A DNA stretch of 63,796 nt, the filler included, from an uncultured bacterium (lineage in GTDB: Bacteria; CAYSBA01): assembly GCA_964429075.1 (NCBI GenBank). It is 17 parts of 17 records of this genome, joined end to end, with 100 filler letters (N's around TTAATTAATTAA, not from the genome) between each part and the next. Parts side by side here need not be neighbours in the genome. Positions count along the whole stretch, not along the records: positions 7,765 to 11,496 come from CAYSBA010000186.1; positions 11,597 to 15,326 come from CAYSBA010000187.1; positions 15,427 to 19,119 come from CAYSBA010000188.1; positions 19,220 to 22,905 come from CAYSBA010000189.1; 13 more parts are not named here. One strand, written 5' to 3'. The first letter of the stretch is position 1, and every line of letters begins with the position of its first letter. The notes below the pieces were generated by a model. It was not told the origin of the DNA, searched no databases, and worked only from the letters and a program-made list of their open reading frames with translations. Of this stretch, positions 9,660 through 20,510 are shown in pieces. Made by a program: the position numbers and the translations under genes.

Positions 9660-11496
9660 TACCACATCCCTGTTGCAATTAATACATATTTCACTGTTGC
9701 GCCCACAAGAAATGCAAAAGGGAATATTATGGCCGACATCAGGACTGCAGTCTTAAGCCCCCTCTCTTTTATAGTAACAGAAAACTGAGCAATACATGGC
9801 ACAAAGAGTGTCAGAACAATAGCACTTACAACAAGAGGTCCACCATTTAAAATCCCATCCCTCTTCAAGTCATAGAGACCTGCTGCCCCAAAATCTCTTC
9901 TAAAAAAACCATAAATAAAGGCACTTGCAGCCCTATCTGGAAGACCGGCAAGCGTAAGAGGATAGTGCATTACCCTCTCCAATAGCTCAAAAAGACCTGT
10001 AAGCTTACCTATCCAGATAAGCACACTGGCAAGTATAAAAACAGGGACAACCTCTTTCAGGTACCAAACCAGCCTTGAATAGGTCTTTATTAAGACATTT
10101 GAAATCTTTGGAACCCGTAGGGGTGGAAGTTCCATTACAAAAAAGGGCTCGTCACCTGGTATGAGTTTCTTTGTAAGGTATCCAGCAAGAAAGAAAACAA
10201 GGATCATTGTAATTATCCATGTAAATAGCATCCACGGAGCCCGACCAAGAAGGCCAAGTATTACTCCAAGCTGTGCGGAGCATGGAATGGTAAGGGCAAG
10301 CAAAAAAGTTGCAATGATTCTTTCCTTTGTAGAATCCAGGGTCCTTGTAACAACCGTTGCCATTGTGTCACAGCCAAAGCCCAGAGTGATTGGTATCACA
10401 GCCTTCCCATTCAGACCAAGAAAACGGAAAGATCGATCTACAAACATTGCAAGTCTTGGTAGATAGCCCGAGTCCTCAACTATGGAAAAGACTATAAAAA
10501 ATGTAGATACTACAGGAAGGATTATTGCAAATGCGTATCGAATCGCAAGGGTAAAGATACCATATTCACCGGCAAACAGAAGATAAAAAACACCATCTTT
10601 GCCAAAGATATGACTGAAAAAGCTGTCTACATATGGATTTATGTGTTCAAGAAAAATATTATTTTCAATAAAATCTACAAGTGTTCCTGCTCCAAACCTG
10701 CCCACAAATTCATATAGACCTATCCAGAGAAATAATAAAAGAAAAATTGGGGCAAGAAGTGGATGTAGGAGCAGCATATCCAATGTGTCTCTTATCTTAT
10801 GGCTGTTTTCAGAACCAATCTTTTTGAGGGTATCTTCAAGAAATGATACTGCCTTGTCCATCTTTGTCCTTGTTATTTCAAACATGATCTCCGGATCTTT
10901 CTCACCGAGTTGCAAGAGTGCCATAGTGCTATCCATTTCACCTTGCAAAGCCTCTTCAATCTTTTTACTGTATTCTATTTTAAAGGGCTTAAAAGCGTAT
11001 CTACCCTCCATAACAGATGCAATTCTGGCCTTAAGATTGTCTATTCCGTATCCAGAAACCGCTACAGTCTTAACGACAGGAATACCAAGATCATGCTCGA
11101 GATGCGATATATCTATCTCCAAACCCTTATCTCTCAATTCATCAAACATATTGAGCACGAGTATGACCTTTTTTCTTGCCTCCATCAACTGAAGTGTTAG
11201 GGGGAGCTGAGCTGCAATATTTTTGGCATCCACTACATGAATAAGGATATCATCTTTGTTTGTTTTAAGTATGATGTCGCAAGATATTCTTTCTTCTTCT
11301 GTTCTGCCAAATAGTGAGTACATGCCAGGTGTATCTACTATCTTTACCTTGTGGTGTTCACCTATCTTCAGGATGCCAGATGTTATTTCAACAGTGGTTC
11401 CGGGATAGTTAGATACTGTAGCCTTTGTGTTTGACAATAGATTAAATAGAGAACTTTTACCTACATTGGGAGACCCTATAAGAAGGACATTTACAC
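9659..11496 (-). CDS. feoB: Ferrous iron transport protein B (5' end cut by contig edge)
   Basis: The frame continues upstream to GSPNVGKSS (G1); NYPGTTV, DTPG, NMFD, GFGC, IPCSAQ and FVPC motifs. Confidence 0.95.
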
Positions 11497-11624
11497 NNNN
11501 NNNNNNNNNNNNNNNNNNNNNNNNNNNNNNNNNNNNNNNNTTAATTAATTAANNNNNNNNNNNNNNNNNNNNNNNNNNNNNNNNNNNNNNNNNNNNGTAT
11601 TGACGATATAAATATATAAAAAAT

Positions 11625-11675
11625 AAAAAAGGGAAGATACAGGCCTAAAAATCTCCTGGATCTTCCCTCTTTTTT
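11625..11675 (-). terminator. Rho-independent terminator downstream of the pilin (possibly bidirectional)
   Basis: GGGAAGAT-A-CAGG...CCTG-G-ATCTTCCC inverted repeat (11631-11667) flanked by A6 and T6 runs. Confidence 0.75.
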
Positions 11676-11701
11676 CTGATTAAAGAAGCAGCTGGATCTT
11701 A

Positions 11702-12070
11702 TTATTGGAGACCTCCCTTTGTGGAAATCCATGTCCAGGTCTGTGTACCATTGTCATGCTTTGCTGTGGCAGTAAAACCGTTTGTTGATGCTTTGGCAAT
11801 AGTTACTGTTACATGTGGACTGGCTTTAAAGCCATAACTTCCTGTAAGGGTTGCCATTGTACAAGATGCATAGGTCTGCTTATCAACATAGCACGCCTCC
11901 ATGGCATTTGCCAGATTCTTCAGATCTGATTTTGCTGAAGCATCTGCTGCCCTTTTTCTGTACTGAGAGAACTGTGGGATTGCAATGGCCGCCAGGATAC
12001 CAATAATTGCCACGACGACCAGTAGCTCTACTAATGTAAAGCCTTTTTCCTTTTTAACAATCTTCTTCAT
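11702..12070 (-). CDS. pilA: Type IVa major pilin, Geobacter-like N-terminal helix
   Basis: Prepilin site KG|FTLVELLVVVAIIGILAAIAIPQF with E5; AGGAGGT SD; sigma54 promoter and own terminator. Confidence 0.92.
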   Translation of the reverse strand: MKKIVKKEKGFTLVELLVVVAIIGILAAIAIPQFSQYRKRAADASAKSDLKNLANAMEACYVDKQTYASCTMATLTGSYGFKASPHVTVTIAKASTNGFTATAKHDNGTQTWTWISTKGGLQ

Positions 12071-12104
12071 AACACCTCCTATAATGAAGTTTCATTGTTT
12101 TTTG

Positions 12105-12120
12105 AGCAAACTTTGTGCCA
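12105..12120 (-). promoter_or_regulatory. Sigma54 (-24/-12) promoter of pilA
   Basis: Minus strand reads TGGCACAAAGTTTGCT, matching the TGGCAC-N5-TTGCW consensus, ~35 nt upstream of the ATG. Confidence 0.88.
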
Positions 12121-12223
12121 GTATATACTACTTTTTTCTTTTTATCAAATTTTTTAGATCTTGAAAGATATTCAAAGGTTATCTTTTGTGATCTAAAAAG
12201 TACACAAAGTATTTTCTGTAAAT

Positions 12224-12260
12224 TGTCAATTTTTGTCAGATATAGTGCCGATTTTTGTCA
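12224..12260. promoter_or_regulatory. Candidate enhancer (PilR-type activator site): 15-nt direct repeat with 22-bp period
   Basis: TGTCAATTTTTGTCA (12224-12238) and TGCCGATTTTTGTCA (12246-12260), ~105-140 bp upstream of the -24 box. Confidence 0.55.
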
Positions 12261-12958
12261 ACAAAAGTGCTAATCCTTGATTTTAGTGACTGAATAAATT
12301 GGTCAATATCTGTTGTATAACCTCCATCTTCTTTATGTAAAATAATCGGTTTCTCAACCACAGTCTCTCTTTTTTGATTTCTACACAACTCTAAAAATAT
12401 CAGTATAGAATTATCACTTTTTCTTGAATAAATCGGTATCATTCTACTGGGGAATAATCCGACAGAATATGTAACCCTGAAAAACCTTGCAAGAAATCTT
12501 GAAGGGAATATTGTTGATACGCTTCCAGCATTTCCAACAAGATACCGCGCTGCATTAAAGAAATCAAAAAGAGTGGTTCCATCTGAATGTCTTGCAATCT
12601 TTTCTCCATCAAACCTGGGCAGTCTGCCACCCCCTTTTTCATAAAACGGTGGGTTAAGAACAACATCAGCCTCAGGTGGACTTTTTATAACCTTTGATAT
12701 GTATCTGACATCTGTAACTACAATATTTACACCTGATAATCCAAGCATATTTTTGTTTTTCTGGCAGTAAGATGCAAGTTCGTTTTGTATCTCAACCAGA
12801 TATAATGTTTCAATATTCTGGAAGAGTTTAATTGTCAGCCCTACTACACCACAACCTGCTCCAAGATCAAAAAGAATCTTTCTTTTTGGTCTTGTAAGTC
12901 GAGCAAGCAGTAAAGAATCGATGCTGTAACGATAACCTGTTTTTGGTTGTAAAAACAA
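12236..12958 (-). CDS. tRNA1(Val) adenine-N6 methyltransferase-like (TrmN6/YfiC family)
   Basis: Q..GYRYSIDSLLLA, DLGAGCG, VEIQ, NPPF and IARH motifs; TTG start 1 nt after the upstream stop. Confidence 0.8.
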   Translation of the reverse strand: MFLQPKTGYRYSIDSLLLARLTRPKRKILFDLGAGCGVVGLTIKLFQNIETLYLVEIQNELASYCQKNKNMLGLSGVNIVVTDVRYISKVIKSPPEADVVLNPPFYEKGGGRLPRFDGEKIARHSDGTTLFDFFNAARYLVGNAGSVSTIFPSRFLARFFRVTYSVGLFPSRMIPIYSRKSDNSILIFLELCRNQKRETVVEKPIILHKEDGGYTTDIDQFIQSLKSRISTFVDKNRHYI

Positions 12959-12959
12959 T

Positions 12960-13943
12960 TTATTTTAATGATAATGCTCTATCGAGATCTTCTATAAGAT
13001 CATCAGGATCCTCTATACCCACAGAAAGTCTGATCATCCCATCTGTTATACCCAGTTTTTCTCTCACCTCCTTAGGCAGAGACGAATGGGTCATGATTGC
13101 AGGATGTTCTATAAGAGACTCAACACCACCAAGACTCTCTGCAAGGGTGAATATCCTGAAAGAAGCTAGAATCTTTTTTGCCTGTTCTAAATCTACCTTT
13201 AACCAGCAGGAGACCATCCCTCCATATCCCCGTTGCTGTCTGTCTATNNNNNNNNNNNNNNNNNNNNNNNNNNNNNNNNNNNNNNNNNNNNNNNNNNNNN
13301 NNNNNNNNNNNNNNNNNNNNNNNNNNNNNNNNNNNNNNNNNNNNNNNACCACTATATCCGCGCCAAAAAGGAGAGGATTTTGAAAATAGGGAGATAAAAA
13401 GGTGTTATCAACAACTACAATGGCATCCTTGTGTCGTGATTTCACAAGATTAACTATCTTCTCTATGTCTATGACCTTTAAAAGGGGATTGGTAGGAGTT
13501 TCAATCCATACGAGATCGGTTTTCTGTTTAAAGGCATCTACGGCACTTTTCTCATCTGTAAGATCAACAAAATCAACCGACAATCCAATCTCCTTAAATA
13601 CACCATGTAATAGTCTATAGGTTCCACCGTAAACATCATCACTACACACTATCCTACTATTTTTTTTCAGAAGGTGAAGGACTGTAGCTGCCGCAGCACA
13701 ACCAGAGGAAAAGGCAAGACCATATCTTGCATTTTCGAGCCTTGCAATGTTATCTTCGAGCACCTTTCTGGTAGGATTTTTTGTTCTTGTATATTCATAG
13801 CCTTTGTGAACACCAGGCTTTTGTTGTGCATAGGTGCTGGTCTGGTAAATTGGGGTCATAACTGCGCCTGTTAGGGGATCTGGCTCCACACCAGCATGAA
13901 TAACCTCTGTTGCAAATCTATATCTATTAACTTTGTCTTTCAT
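12960..13943 (-). CDS. Cystathionine gamma-lyase/synthase (interrupted by an assembly gap)
   Basis: PIYQTST, YEYTRTKNPT, DVYGGT, ETPTNP, VDNTF, AESLGGVESL and RLSVGIE motifs. The PLP-lysine region falls in the N gap. Confidence 0.92.
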   Translation of the reverse strand: MKDKVNRYRFATEVIHAGVEPDPLTGAVMTPIYQTSTYAQQKPGVHKGYEYTRTKNPTRKVLEDNIARLENARYGLAFSSGCAAAATVLHLLKKNSRIVCSDDVYGGTYRLLHGVFKEIGLSVDFVDLTDEKSAVDAFKQKTDLVWIETPTNPLLKVIDIEKIVNLVKSRHKDAIVVVDNTFLSPYFQNPLLFGADIVXXXXXXXXXXXXXXXXXXXXXXXXXXXXXXXXXXIDRQQRGYGGMVSCWLKVDLEQAKKILASFRIFTLAESLGGVESLIEHPAIMTHSSLPKEVREKLGITDGMIRLSVGIEDPDDLIEDLDRALSLK

Positions 13944-13945
13944 AT

Positions 13946-14923
13946 CTAATCCAAAAATCCATTCTCACGCATCCAGTTGTCGTTAAATATCTTACTTAAA
14001 TATCTTGAACCTGAATCTGGTAACAAAACTACAATGTTTTCCTTATCAGGATGCCTCTTTGCATACTTGATTGCACCAATTACCGCACCACCTCCAGAGC
14101 CTCCACAAAATATTCCCTCCTCGCGAGCAAGCCTTCTTGTCATCTCAAAGCACTCCTTATCATTTACCTGCACAACATCGTCTATAATCTCAAGATTCAT
14201 TGTGGTCGGAAAGAAATCCTCTCCAATTCCCTCTACCTTATAAACCTTTGGCTCTATAACTTTTTTGTAATGAAAGTAATCGTAATAAACACTTCCAACA
14301 GGATCTACACCAACAATCTGTATGGAAGGGTCCTTCTCCTTTAAGAATCTACCAACGCCAGAGATAGTACCACCTGTTCCCATTCCTGCTACAAAGACAT
14401 CAATCTTACCTTCAAGTTGTCTGTAGATCTCCGGACCAGTCCATTTATAATGGGTTTCTGGGTTATCTATATTATGATATTGATTGGCATAAAAGGAGTT
14501 TTCTGTCTCATTAACAATACGTTTAGCCACAGAATAATAGCTATCAGGATGGTCTGGGGGCACATCTGTTGGAGTGACTATTACATCTGCACCAAGTGCC
14601 TTCAATGCATTAATCTTCTCTTCACTCATCTTATCTGGCATAACAAATATACATTTATATCCTTTCACTGCAGCAACCATCGCAAGTCCCATCCCTGTGT
14701 TACCAGAAGTAGCTTCTACAATGGTGCCACCCGGCTTAAGCTCACCACGCCGTTCTGCTTCGGATATAATGTTTATTGCGATCCTGTCTTTCATGGATGA
14801 ACAGGGATTCATATACTCAAGCTTTACATAGATATTGCAATATAAGTCACCAATTACCCTGTTTAGCCTTACTATGGGGGTATCACCTACTGCATCAAGA
14901 ACACTGTTATATACTTTATGCAT
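13946..14923 (-). CDS. Cystathionine beta-synthase / cysteine synthase family PLP enzyme
   Basis: NPCSSMKDR, EATSGNTG, MPDKMSEEK, GMGTGGT, YKVEGIG and PDSGSRYLSKIF motifs. CBS-like and paired with CGL. Confidence 0.92.
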   Translation of the reverse strand: MHKVYNSVLDAVGDTPIVRLNRVIGDLYCNIYVKLEYMNPCSSMKDRIAINIISEAERRGELKPGGTIVEATSGNTGMGLAMVAAVKGYKCIFVMPDKMSEEKINALKALGADVIVTPTDVPPDHPDSYYSVAKRIVNETENSFYANQYHNIDNPETHYKWTGPEIYRQLEGKIDVFVAGMGTGGTISGVGRFLKEKDPSIQIVGVDPVGSVYYDYFHYKKVIEPKVYKVEGIGEDFFPTTMNLEIIDDVVQVNDKECFEMTRRLAREEGIFCGGSGGGAVIGAIKYAKRHPDKENIVVLLPDSGSRYLSKIFNDNWMRENGFLD

Positions 14924-14946
14924 ATTCGCTCCATCCCAGGAATTAT

Positions 14947-15326
14947 CTAAAAGTTCTTGCTCTCATAATCCAGTATCTTTTCAATCTGGTCTATTAATAT
15001 TGGTGCAGTATCTGGACCGAGTGAATTTGTCTCTTCATAGTGATCACCATCTGCCTCCTCAAAATATTCCTGTCCTGGGGCGAGTTTAAAGTTGTATGGA
15101 GGTATAATGTAGCCCACCTCATCATTACAGAGTCCACAAAGAACTACATAATCACCACCTACCTTTTCTCTCAGATATGGTCCTTTTGGTGCCTTCGTTA
15201 GATCTGGAGGATTGGGATTATCAGGATCAATGATCGGATGATCATAACTCCTTGATCCATCGTATCCACCAACAGCAAGCTCAGGTAACAGTTCTCCCGG
15301 CACTCCAAATATCGTTATCTTCTTAC
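14947..15326 (-). CDS. C-terminal part of the ceramidase-like lipoprotein that begins at 28849
   Basis: 15272-15326 is the exact reverse complement of 30386-30440. The frame continues PGELLPELAVGG...LCNDEVGYIIP...HYEETNS. Confidence 0.9.
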
Positions 15327-15426
15327 NNNNNNNNNNNNNNNNNNNNNNNNNNNNNNNNNNNNNNNNNNNNTTAATTAATTAANNNNNNNNNNNNNNNNNN
15401 NNNNNNNNNNNNNNNNNNNNNNNNNN

Positions 15427-15653
15427 TTCTTATAGAGATTTTTGATCAAATAATCTAGGTCCTTTAATCTTACGATATTATTTTTGGTGATTGCTTTTAT
15501 CTTCTTTTTGATAACCGATGGCTCGATAATCTTTGTACCGGTAACTATTATGCTGTCATATTTTATGTATTCTTCTGCCCATATTGACGGAATAAGCAAA
15601 AAGAAACTTATTAATAAAAAAATAATAGATTTATGCTTCTTATACTGCATCAA
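15427..15653 (-). CDS. bamA: BamA N-terminus (signal peptide + first POTRA domain), truncated
   Basis: Signal peptide followed by IIVTGTKIIEPSVI...LIKNLYK; conserved lolE-lolD-bamA order. Confidence 0.7.
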
Positions 15654-15656
15654 CCT

Positions 15657-16352
15657 TTATCTTTTGAATATCATTCCATCTTTCATTTCAAATTTTATTT
15701 CCATTGAATCAGCAAGATTGAGATCGTGGGTTGTAATGATAAGTGTAATACCCAGTTTCTGGTTTAATGAAAGGAGTAATTCTTTTACCTTATCCCTATT
15801 TTGTGAGTCAAGGTTTCCTGTAGGTTCATCGGCCAGAAGGATCCTGGGATTATTTACCACAGCCCTTGCTATTGCAACCCTCTGTTGCTCTCCACCAGAC
15901 AGCTCTGATGGTCTATGATGCAGTCTATTACCGAGGCCGAGCATATTCAGTGTATCTGCAGCCTTATCCATTGCCTCTTTTCTGGCCATACCGGATATTA
16001 AGAGTGGTATTGATACATTTTCAACAGCTGAAAATTCAAAAAAAAGATGGTGATGCTGAAATACAAAACCTATCCAGGAATTCCTCAGCCTTGATAATTC
16101 AGTATCATTAAGTTGAGAGATGTCCTTGCTGCAGATCTCAACTTTGCCATCAGTTGGTCTGTCGAGAGTTCCAATTATATGCATAAAGGTGCTCTTACCA
16201 ACACCAGAGGGGCCTACAATTGAGATACAATCGCCCTCAAAGGCAGTAAAATCTACGCCCTTTAACACCTCTATTGTTTGAGAGTCAAGATAGAAATTCT
16301 TTTTGAGTCCTTCTGTTTTTATGACAATATCACTATTCTTCTTCTCAGTCAT
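15657..16352 (-). CDS. lolD: Lipoprotein-releasing ABC transporter ATPase
   Basis: GPSGVGKST, GFVFQHHHL, LSGGEQQRVAIARA and DEPTGNLD motifs. Confidence 0.9.
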   Translation of the reverse strand: MTEKKNSDIVIKTEGLKKNFYLDSQTIEVLKGVDFTAFEGDCISIVGPSGVGKSTFMHIIGTLDRPTDGKVEICSKDISQLNDTELSRLRNSWIGFVFQHHHLFFEFSAVENVSIPLLISGMARKEAMDKAADTLNMLGLGNRLHHRPSELSGGEQQRVAIARAVVNNPRILLADEPTGNLDSQNRDKVKELLLSLNQKLGITLIITTHDLNLADSMEIKFEMKDGMIFKR

Positions 16353-17595
16353 ATCTCAAACCTTCTGTTGGTTTTAATCTGGATGCCCTGTATGCAGGGT
16401 ATATTGTTGCTACAAAGGTAATAATAAGTGCACTAATGCATATAAGTGCAACCTCAAGCCAATCTATTACAACAGGGATTTTTTCGATATAGTAGATTTC
16501 CGGGTTGAGTTTAATACCATAATGCTCAATAAGCCAGCAACAGACAAGGCCAAACAAAAATCCAAGAATGGTCCCACTTATTCCAATAATCATGCCTTCA
16601 TACATAAATATCCTGGATATCCCCCTGCTCGATTCCCCAAGAGAACGCAGTATAGCAATATCTTTATTTTTTGCCAGGATGGTCATAAATAGAGTACTCA
16701 CAATGTTGAAAGATGCAACAAGGATGATAAAGATTAAGACAAAGAACATGGCAATCTTTTCTAACTTGAGGGCAGAGAAGAGATTCCTGTTGAAGTCCTT
16801 CCAGTCCATTACATGGTATGGGTAGCCTCCTGCTTTTTTGAGTATGATATCTTTGTAATGGGTTGATTTGTAGGGGTCTTTGAGACGAATTTCAAGGTGT
16901 GTTATGCGATCCTTCATATCAAAGAAGCTCTGTGCATCTTTGAGATTTATATAGATAAATTTTAAGTCATACTCATACATACCTGAGTAGAATATCCCTG
17001 CAATCCTGAACCGTCTGCCTTTCGGTTCTTCACCAAAAGGACCAGTATCTCCAATAGGGTTTACAAGACTTATGGTATCTCCAACTGTTACAAAGAGGGA
17101 TGAGGCAAGTTCTCTGCCTATTATTATACCTGGATCTGGTGAATTTTTATCATTTTTAGGTATCCTCTCTGGATGTTCAAGGTATCCTATATCACCATCT
17201 ATAAGCTCCTTTGAAAGATCTATGACCTGTGAAATGGAGTCAGGATCAATACCGAGTACCACAACCCCGGACATGTTGTTGGAGCTAACAACCATGGCCT
17301 CAGTTATTATGATTGGAGTCACACCCACCACACCATCTATCTTTGAGATCTTCTTTTTTAGATAATTGTACTCTGTAAAATCCTGTCCATATTTCATAAG
17401 AGATACATGACCTCTGTTGCCAAGTACCTTTGCCTTTAGATCTTCAGAAAATCCACTCATAATGCTGAGAACAACGATCATTGTTGCCACACCAAGACAT
17501 ACCCCAACCACCGATATTATAGTTATAATAGACAAAAAGGTATCTCTTTTTTTTGAGCTAAGATGTCTTAAAGCGATAAAGAGCCTGTAATCCAT
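16345..17595 (-). CDS. lolE: Lipoprotein-releasing ABC transporter permease LolC/E
   Basis: VVLSIMSGF, GMYEYD, LFSALKLEK, IAILRSLG and YPAYRASRLKP motifs. Confidence 0.9.
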   Translation of the reverse strand: MDYRLFIALRHLSSKKRDTFLSIITIISVVGVCLGVATMIVVLSIMSGFSEDLKAKVLGNRGHVSLMKYGQDFTEYNYLKKKISKIDGVVGVTPIIITEAMVVSSNNMSGVVVLGIDPDSISQVIDLSKELIDGDIGYLEHPERIPKNDKNSPDPGIIIGRELASSLFVTVGDTISLVNPIGDTGPFGEEPKGRRFRIAGIFYSGMYEYDLKFIYINLKDAQSFFDMKDRITHLEIRLKDPYKSTHYKDIILKKAGGYPYHVMDWKDFNRNLFSALKLEKIAMFFVLIFIILVASFNIVSTLFMTILAKNKDIAILRSLGESSRGISRIFMYEGMIIGISGTILGFLFGLVCCWLIEHYGIKLNPEIYYIEKIPVVIDWLEVALICISALIITFVATIYPAYRASRLKPTEGLRYD

Positions 17596-19079
17596 CAGGA
17601 TTCCGGCCTTAGAAGGGGAAAGAGTATAACATCTCTGATCGAGTCTTGATTGGCCATTATCATGGTCAATCTATCGATCCCCACACCCTCACCTGCAGCA
17701 GGGTACATCCCTATCTCGAGGGCTTCAACATAATCTTTGTCCATTTCATGAGTTTCCTCTCCACCCTTCTCTTTTTTCTTAAGTTGATCAAGGAATCTCT
17801 CATACTGATCCTGTGGATCATTCAATTCAGAAAAGCCGTTTGCGACCTCCATCCCTCCGATTATTAGTTCGAATCGATCGGTAAAATCTGGATCATCCTC
17901 TGATCGTCTTGCAAGAGGAGAAACCTCTATTGGAAAACCCACAACAAAGGTAGGCTGTACCAGCTTTTCCTCAATTTCTCTTTCAAAAAATTCCATAAGT
18001 ATGCCGCCCCAGTTTAGACCCGCTGGAGGCTCTTCCTGATAACGTTTTTTGAACACCTCTGTCAGGTATGCCATATCCTTTATCCTGTTACTGTCCAGAC
18101 CGATAGTCTCTACAACTGCGTCCTTTATATTGAGCCTCTTGTAGGGTGGTGTAAAATCAATTTCTTTGTCTCCATATTTAATTACTGTGGTGTTGTGGAT
18201 TTCGTCAGCAAGACTTGAAAGTAATTCCTCTGTAAGTTCCATGAGATCAACATAGGAAGAAAATGCCTGATAGAACTCAAGCATTGTGAATTCTGGGTTG
18301 TGCTGGGTGCTTATACCTTCATTTCTGAAATTTCTATTAAGTTCAAAGACCTTATAAAACCCACCCACAAGGAGTCTTTTAAGGTATAGTTCTGGTGCAA
18401 TTCTTAAAAAGAGATCAATGTCGAGAGCGTTGTGATGGGTTATAAAAGGCCTTGCCATTGCCCCGCCTGCAATTGGATGGAGCATTGGTGTCTCAACCTC
18501 GATATAACCCCTGGATTTTAGAAAATTCCTCAAAAAGTCGACTACCTTTGCCCTTATGAGAAAGGTCTTTTTTGATTCTTCGTTTACGATAAGATCAAGG
18601 TATCTTTTTCTATAACGGAGTTCTATATCCTTGAGCCCGTGCCACTTTTCAGGCAGGGGGCGAATAGATTTGGTTACAACAGAGAATCTTTTTACCATCA
18701 AGGTCAGTTCATCTGTCTTTGTTCTAAAGAGTTGTCCATCAACAAATACAATATCTCCTGCGTCTGCAAGTTTGAAGATATCGAAGCTATTTCCCTCTAC
18801 CACATCTTTTTTTATGTAACACTGTATCTTTTTTGTTTGTCCGAGGATATGGAAAAAGGCAGCCTTGCCAAAGGATCTTATTGTAATAATACGGCCAACT
18901 ATAGAGAGGTTGATATTTTTTTCTTCAAGTTCCTCCTTTGTAAGATTGGAGTAATTTTTTTTGACCTCTTCGATAGTCTTTGTAGGTCTCAGATTGTTAG
19001 GGTATGAAGGATTCCCGAGCTCTTTCAGCCTTTTTATCTTCTCTTTTCTGCTCTTTATTATCTCATCAAGCATCGACAT
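17595..19079 (-). CDS. lysS: Lysine-tRNA ligase (class II)
   Basis: LPEKWHGL, RYRKRYLDL, LRIAPELYLKRL, FRNEG, HNPEF and GIDRL motifs. Confidence 0.98.
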   Translation of the reverse strand: MSMLDEIIKSRKEKIKRLKELGNPSYPNNLRPTKTIEEVKKNYSNLTKEELEEKNINLSIVGRIITIRSFGKAAFFHILGQTKKIQCYIKKDVVEGNSFDIFKLADAGDIVFVDGQLFRTKTDELTLMVKRFSVVTKSIRPLPEKWHGLKDIELRYRKRYLDLIVNEESKKTFLIRAKVVDFLRNFLKSRGYIEVETPMLHPIAGGAMARPFITHHNALDIDLFLRIAPELYLKRLLVGGFYKVFELNRNFRNEGISTQHNPEFTMLEFYQAFSSYVDLMELTEELLSSLADEIHNTTVIKYGDKEIDFTPPYKRLNIKDAVVETIGLDSNRIKDMAYLTEVFKKRYQEEPPAGLNWGGILMEFFEREIEEKLVQPTFVVGFPIEVSPLARRSEDDPDFTDRFELIIGGMEVANGFSELNDPQDQYERFLDQLKKKEKGGEETHEMDKDYVEALEIGMYPAAGEGVGIDRLTMIMANQDSIRDVILFPLLRPES

Positions 19080-19355
19080 AGTTGGTGTTTATTATCATCA
19101 ATTAAAAAGTGAGTCAAACNNNNNNNNNNNNNNNNNNNNNNNNNNNNNNNNNNNNNNNNNNNNTTAATTAATTAANNNNNNNNNNNNNNNNNNNNNNNNN
19201 NNNNNNNNNNNNNNNNNNNCAACCTTTCTCTTTGTTCCTCTGATTAGATTCCATTAGCATAGTATATAGATGTGATTAAATCTTGTTCAGATAATAAAAC
19301 TACATGAATGACTATGGATTGATATTTTGCAGGGGTTGTGTTAACCATCTATTCT

Positions 19356-20510
19356 ATGGATTTTGCTCTCAGTGAAGAACATAAGATAATTCAACAAACA
19401 GCTAAGGATTTTGCTGCAAGGGTAATCGAACCTCAGAGTAAGAGGTGGAATAAGGAAAAGGAGTTTCCTGTAGCCGTCCTAAAAGACCTTGCTAAACTCG
19501 GATTTATGACCTTTAACTGTCCGAAAACATTACCTGATACTGCAGCAGGTCCTGTTGCCCTTGCGCTGGTTATTAAAGAATTTGCAAGGGTATGTGCATC
19601 CACAGCAGTTGCTGTAGCTGTCACAAATATGGTTAATGAGGTACTTGATAACTATGCAAATTCATACATCCGTAATAAATATATTATGCCATTTAAGGAG
19701 GGCAAGAGTACTGCAGCAGCATTCGCCCTAACAGAGCCACAATCCGGATCTGATGCAGCATCTATTAAAACAAAGGCTGATGAAACAAAGGGAGGCTTTA
19801 TAATAAATGGTACAAAACAGTTTATTACCAATGCATCCTTTTGTGATTTTTTCTTAGTAGCAGCAAGAACATCTCATACAGGCAGGCCGACAGACATATC
19901 TCTATTTGTTGTAGATGCTGACTCAAAAGGATTGACTATTGAGAGAGAAGAGATCAAGATGGGCTTACATGCAAGCAGTACAGCTGTTGTTGTTTTTGAT
20001 GATGTCTTTTGTCCCTCTGAAAATCTAATCGGAGACAGAGGTGAAGGATTTAAGATTGCCATGTGGGCCCTTGATGGAGGCCGAATAAATGTTGCTGCAC
20101 AATCCTGTGGACTTGCCGAGGCTGCAATTGATTTAGCAAAAGATTATGCAAAAGAAAGAATTCAGTTCAACAGGCCAATATCAGAATTTCAGGCTATTCA
20201 GTTTATGATTGCAGACTGTTATACCGAACTTATGGCATCCTGGTTGCTTACACTACATGCAGCCTGGCTAAAGGAGAATAAGAAAACAGATCTTACTAAG
20301 ATTGCATCTATGGCAAAATATTATGCGTCAGAATCTGCCAACAGGTGTGTAAGAAAAGCGGTTCAGATTCTCGGCGGTTATGGTTATACAGGAGAATTTC
20401 CTGTAGAAAGGATATTTAGAGACTGCAAAGTAACAACCCTTTATGAGGGTACATCCGAAATACAGAAACTTGTAATAGCAAGAAGGATTCTGGATGAGGT
20501 AAAATCATGA
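19356..20510 (+). CDS. Acyl-CoA dehydrogenase (butyryl-CoA DH-like)
   Basis: [27 protein letters not shown] and YEGTSEIQ motifs. Confidence 0.93.
   Translation: MDFALSEEHKIIQQTAKDFAARVIEPQSKRWNKEKEFPVAVLKDLAKLGFMTFNCPKTLPDTAAGPVALALVIKEFARVCASTAVAVAVTNMVNEVLDNYANSYIRNKYIMPFKEGKSTAAAFALTEPQSGSDAASIKTKADETKGGFIINGTKQFITNASFCDFFLVAARTSHTGRPTDISLFVVDADSKGLTIEREEIKMGLHASSTAVVVFDDVFCPSENLIGDRGEGFKIAMWALDGGRINVAAQSCGLAEAAIDLAKDYAKERIQFNRPISEFQAIQFMIADCYTELMASWLLTLHAAWLKENKKTDLTKIASMAKYYASESANRCVRKAVQILGGYGYTGEFPVERIFRDCKVTTLYEGTSEIQKLVIARRILDEVKS

Noticed and set aside
9659..12070. Apparent feoB-pilA neighbourhood suggesting an iron/nanowire locus (likewise radical SAM-dynamin and other cross-linker pairs)
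   Set aside because: The genes are on different contigs ordered only by length. Only the 30440/15326 join has sequence support.
12960..13943. Short cystathionine gamma-lyase lacking the PLP lysine, a possible pseudogene
   Set aside because: The missing part coincides with a 100-N scaffold gap of unknown true size.
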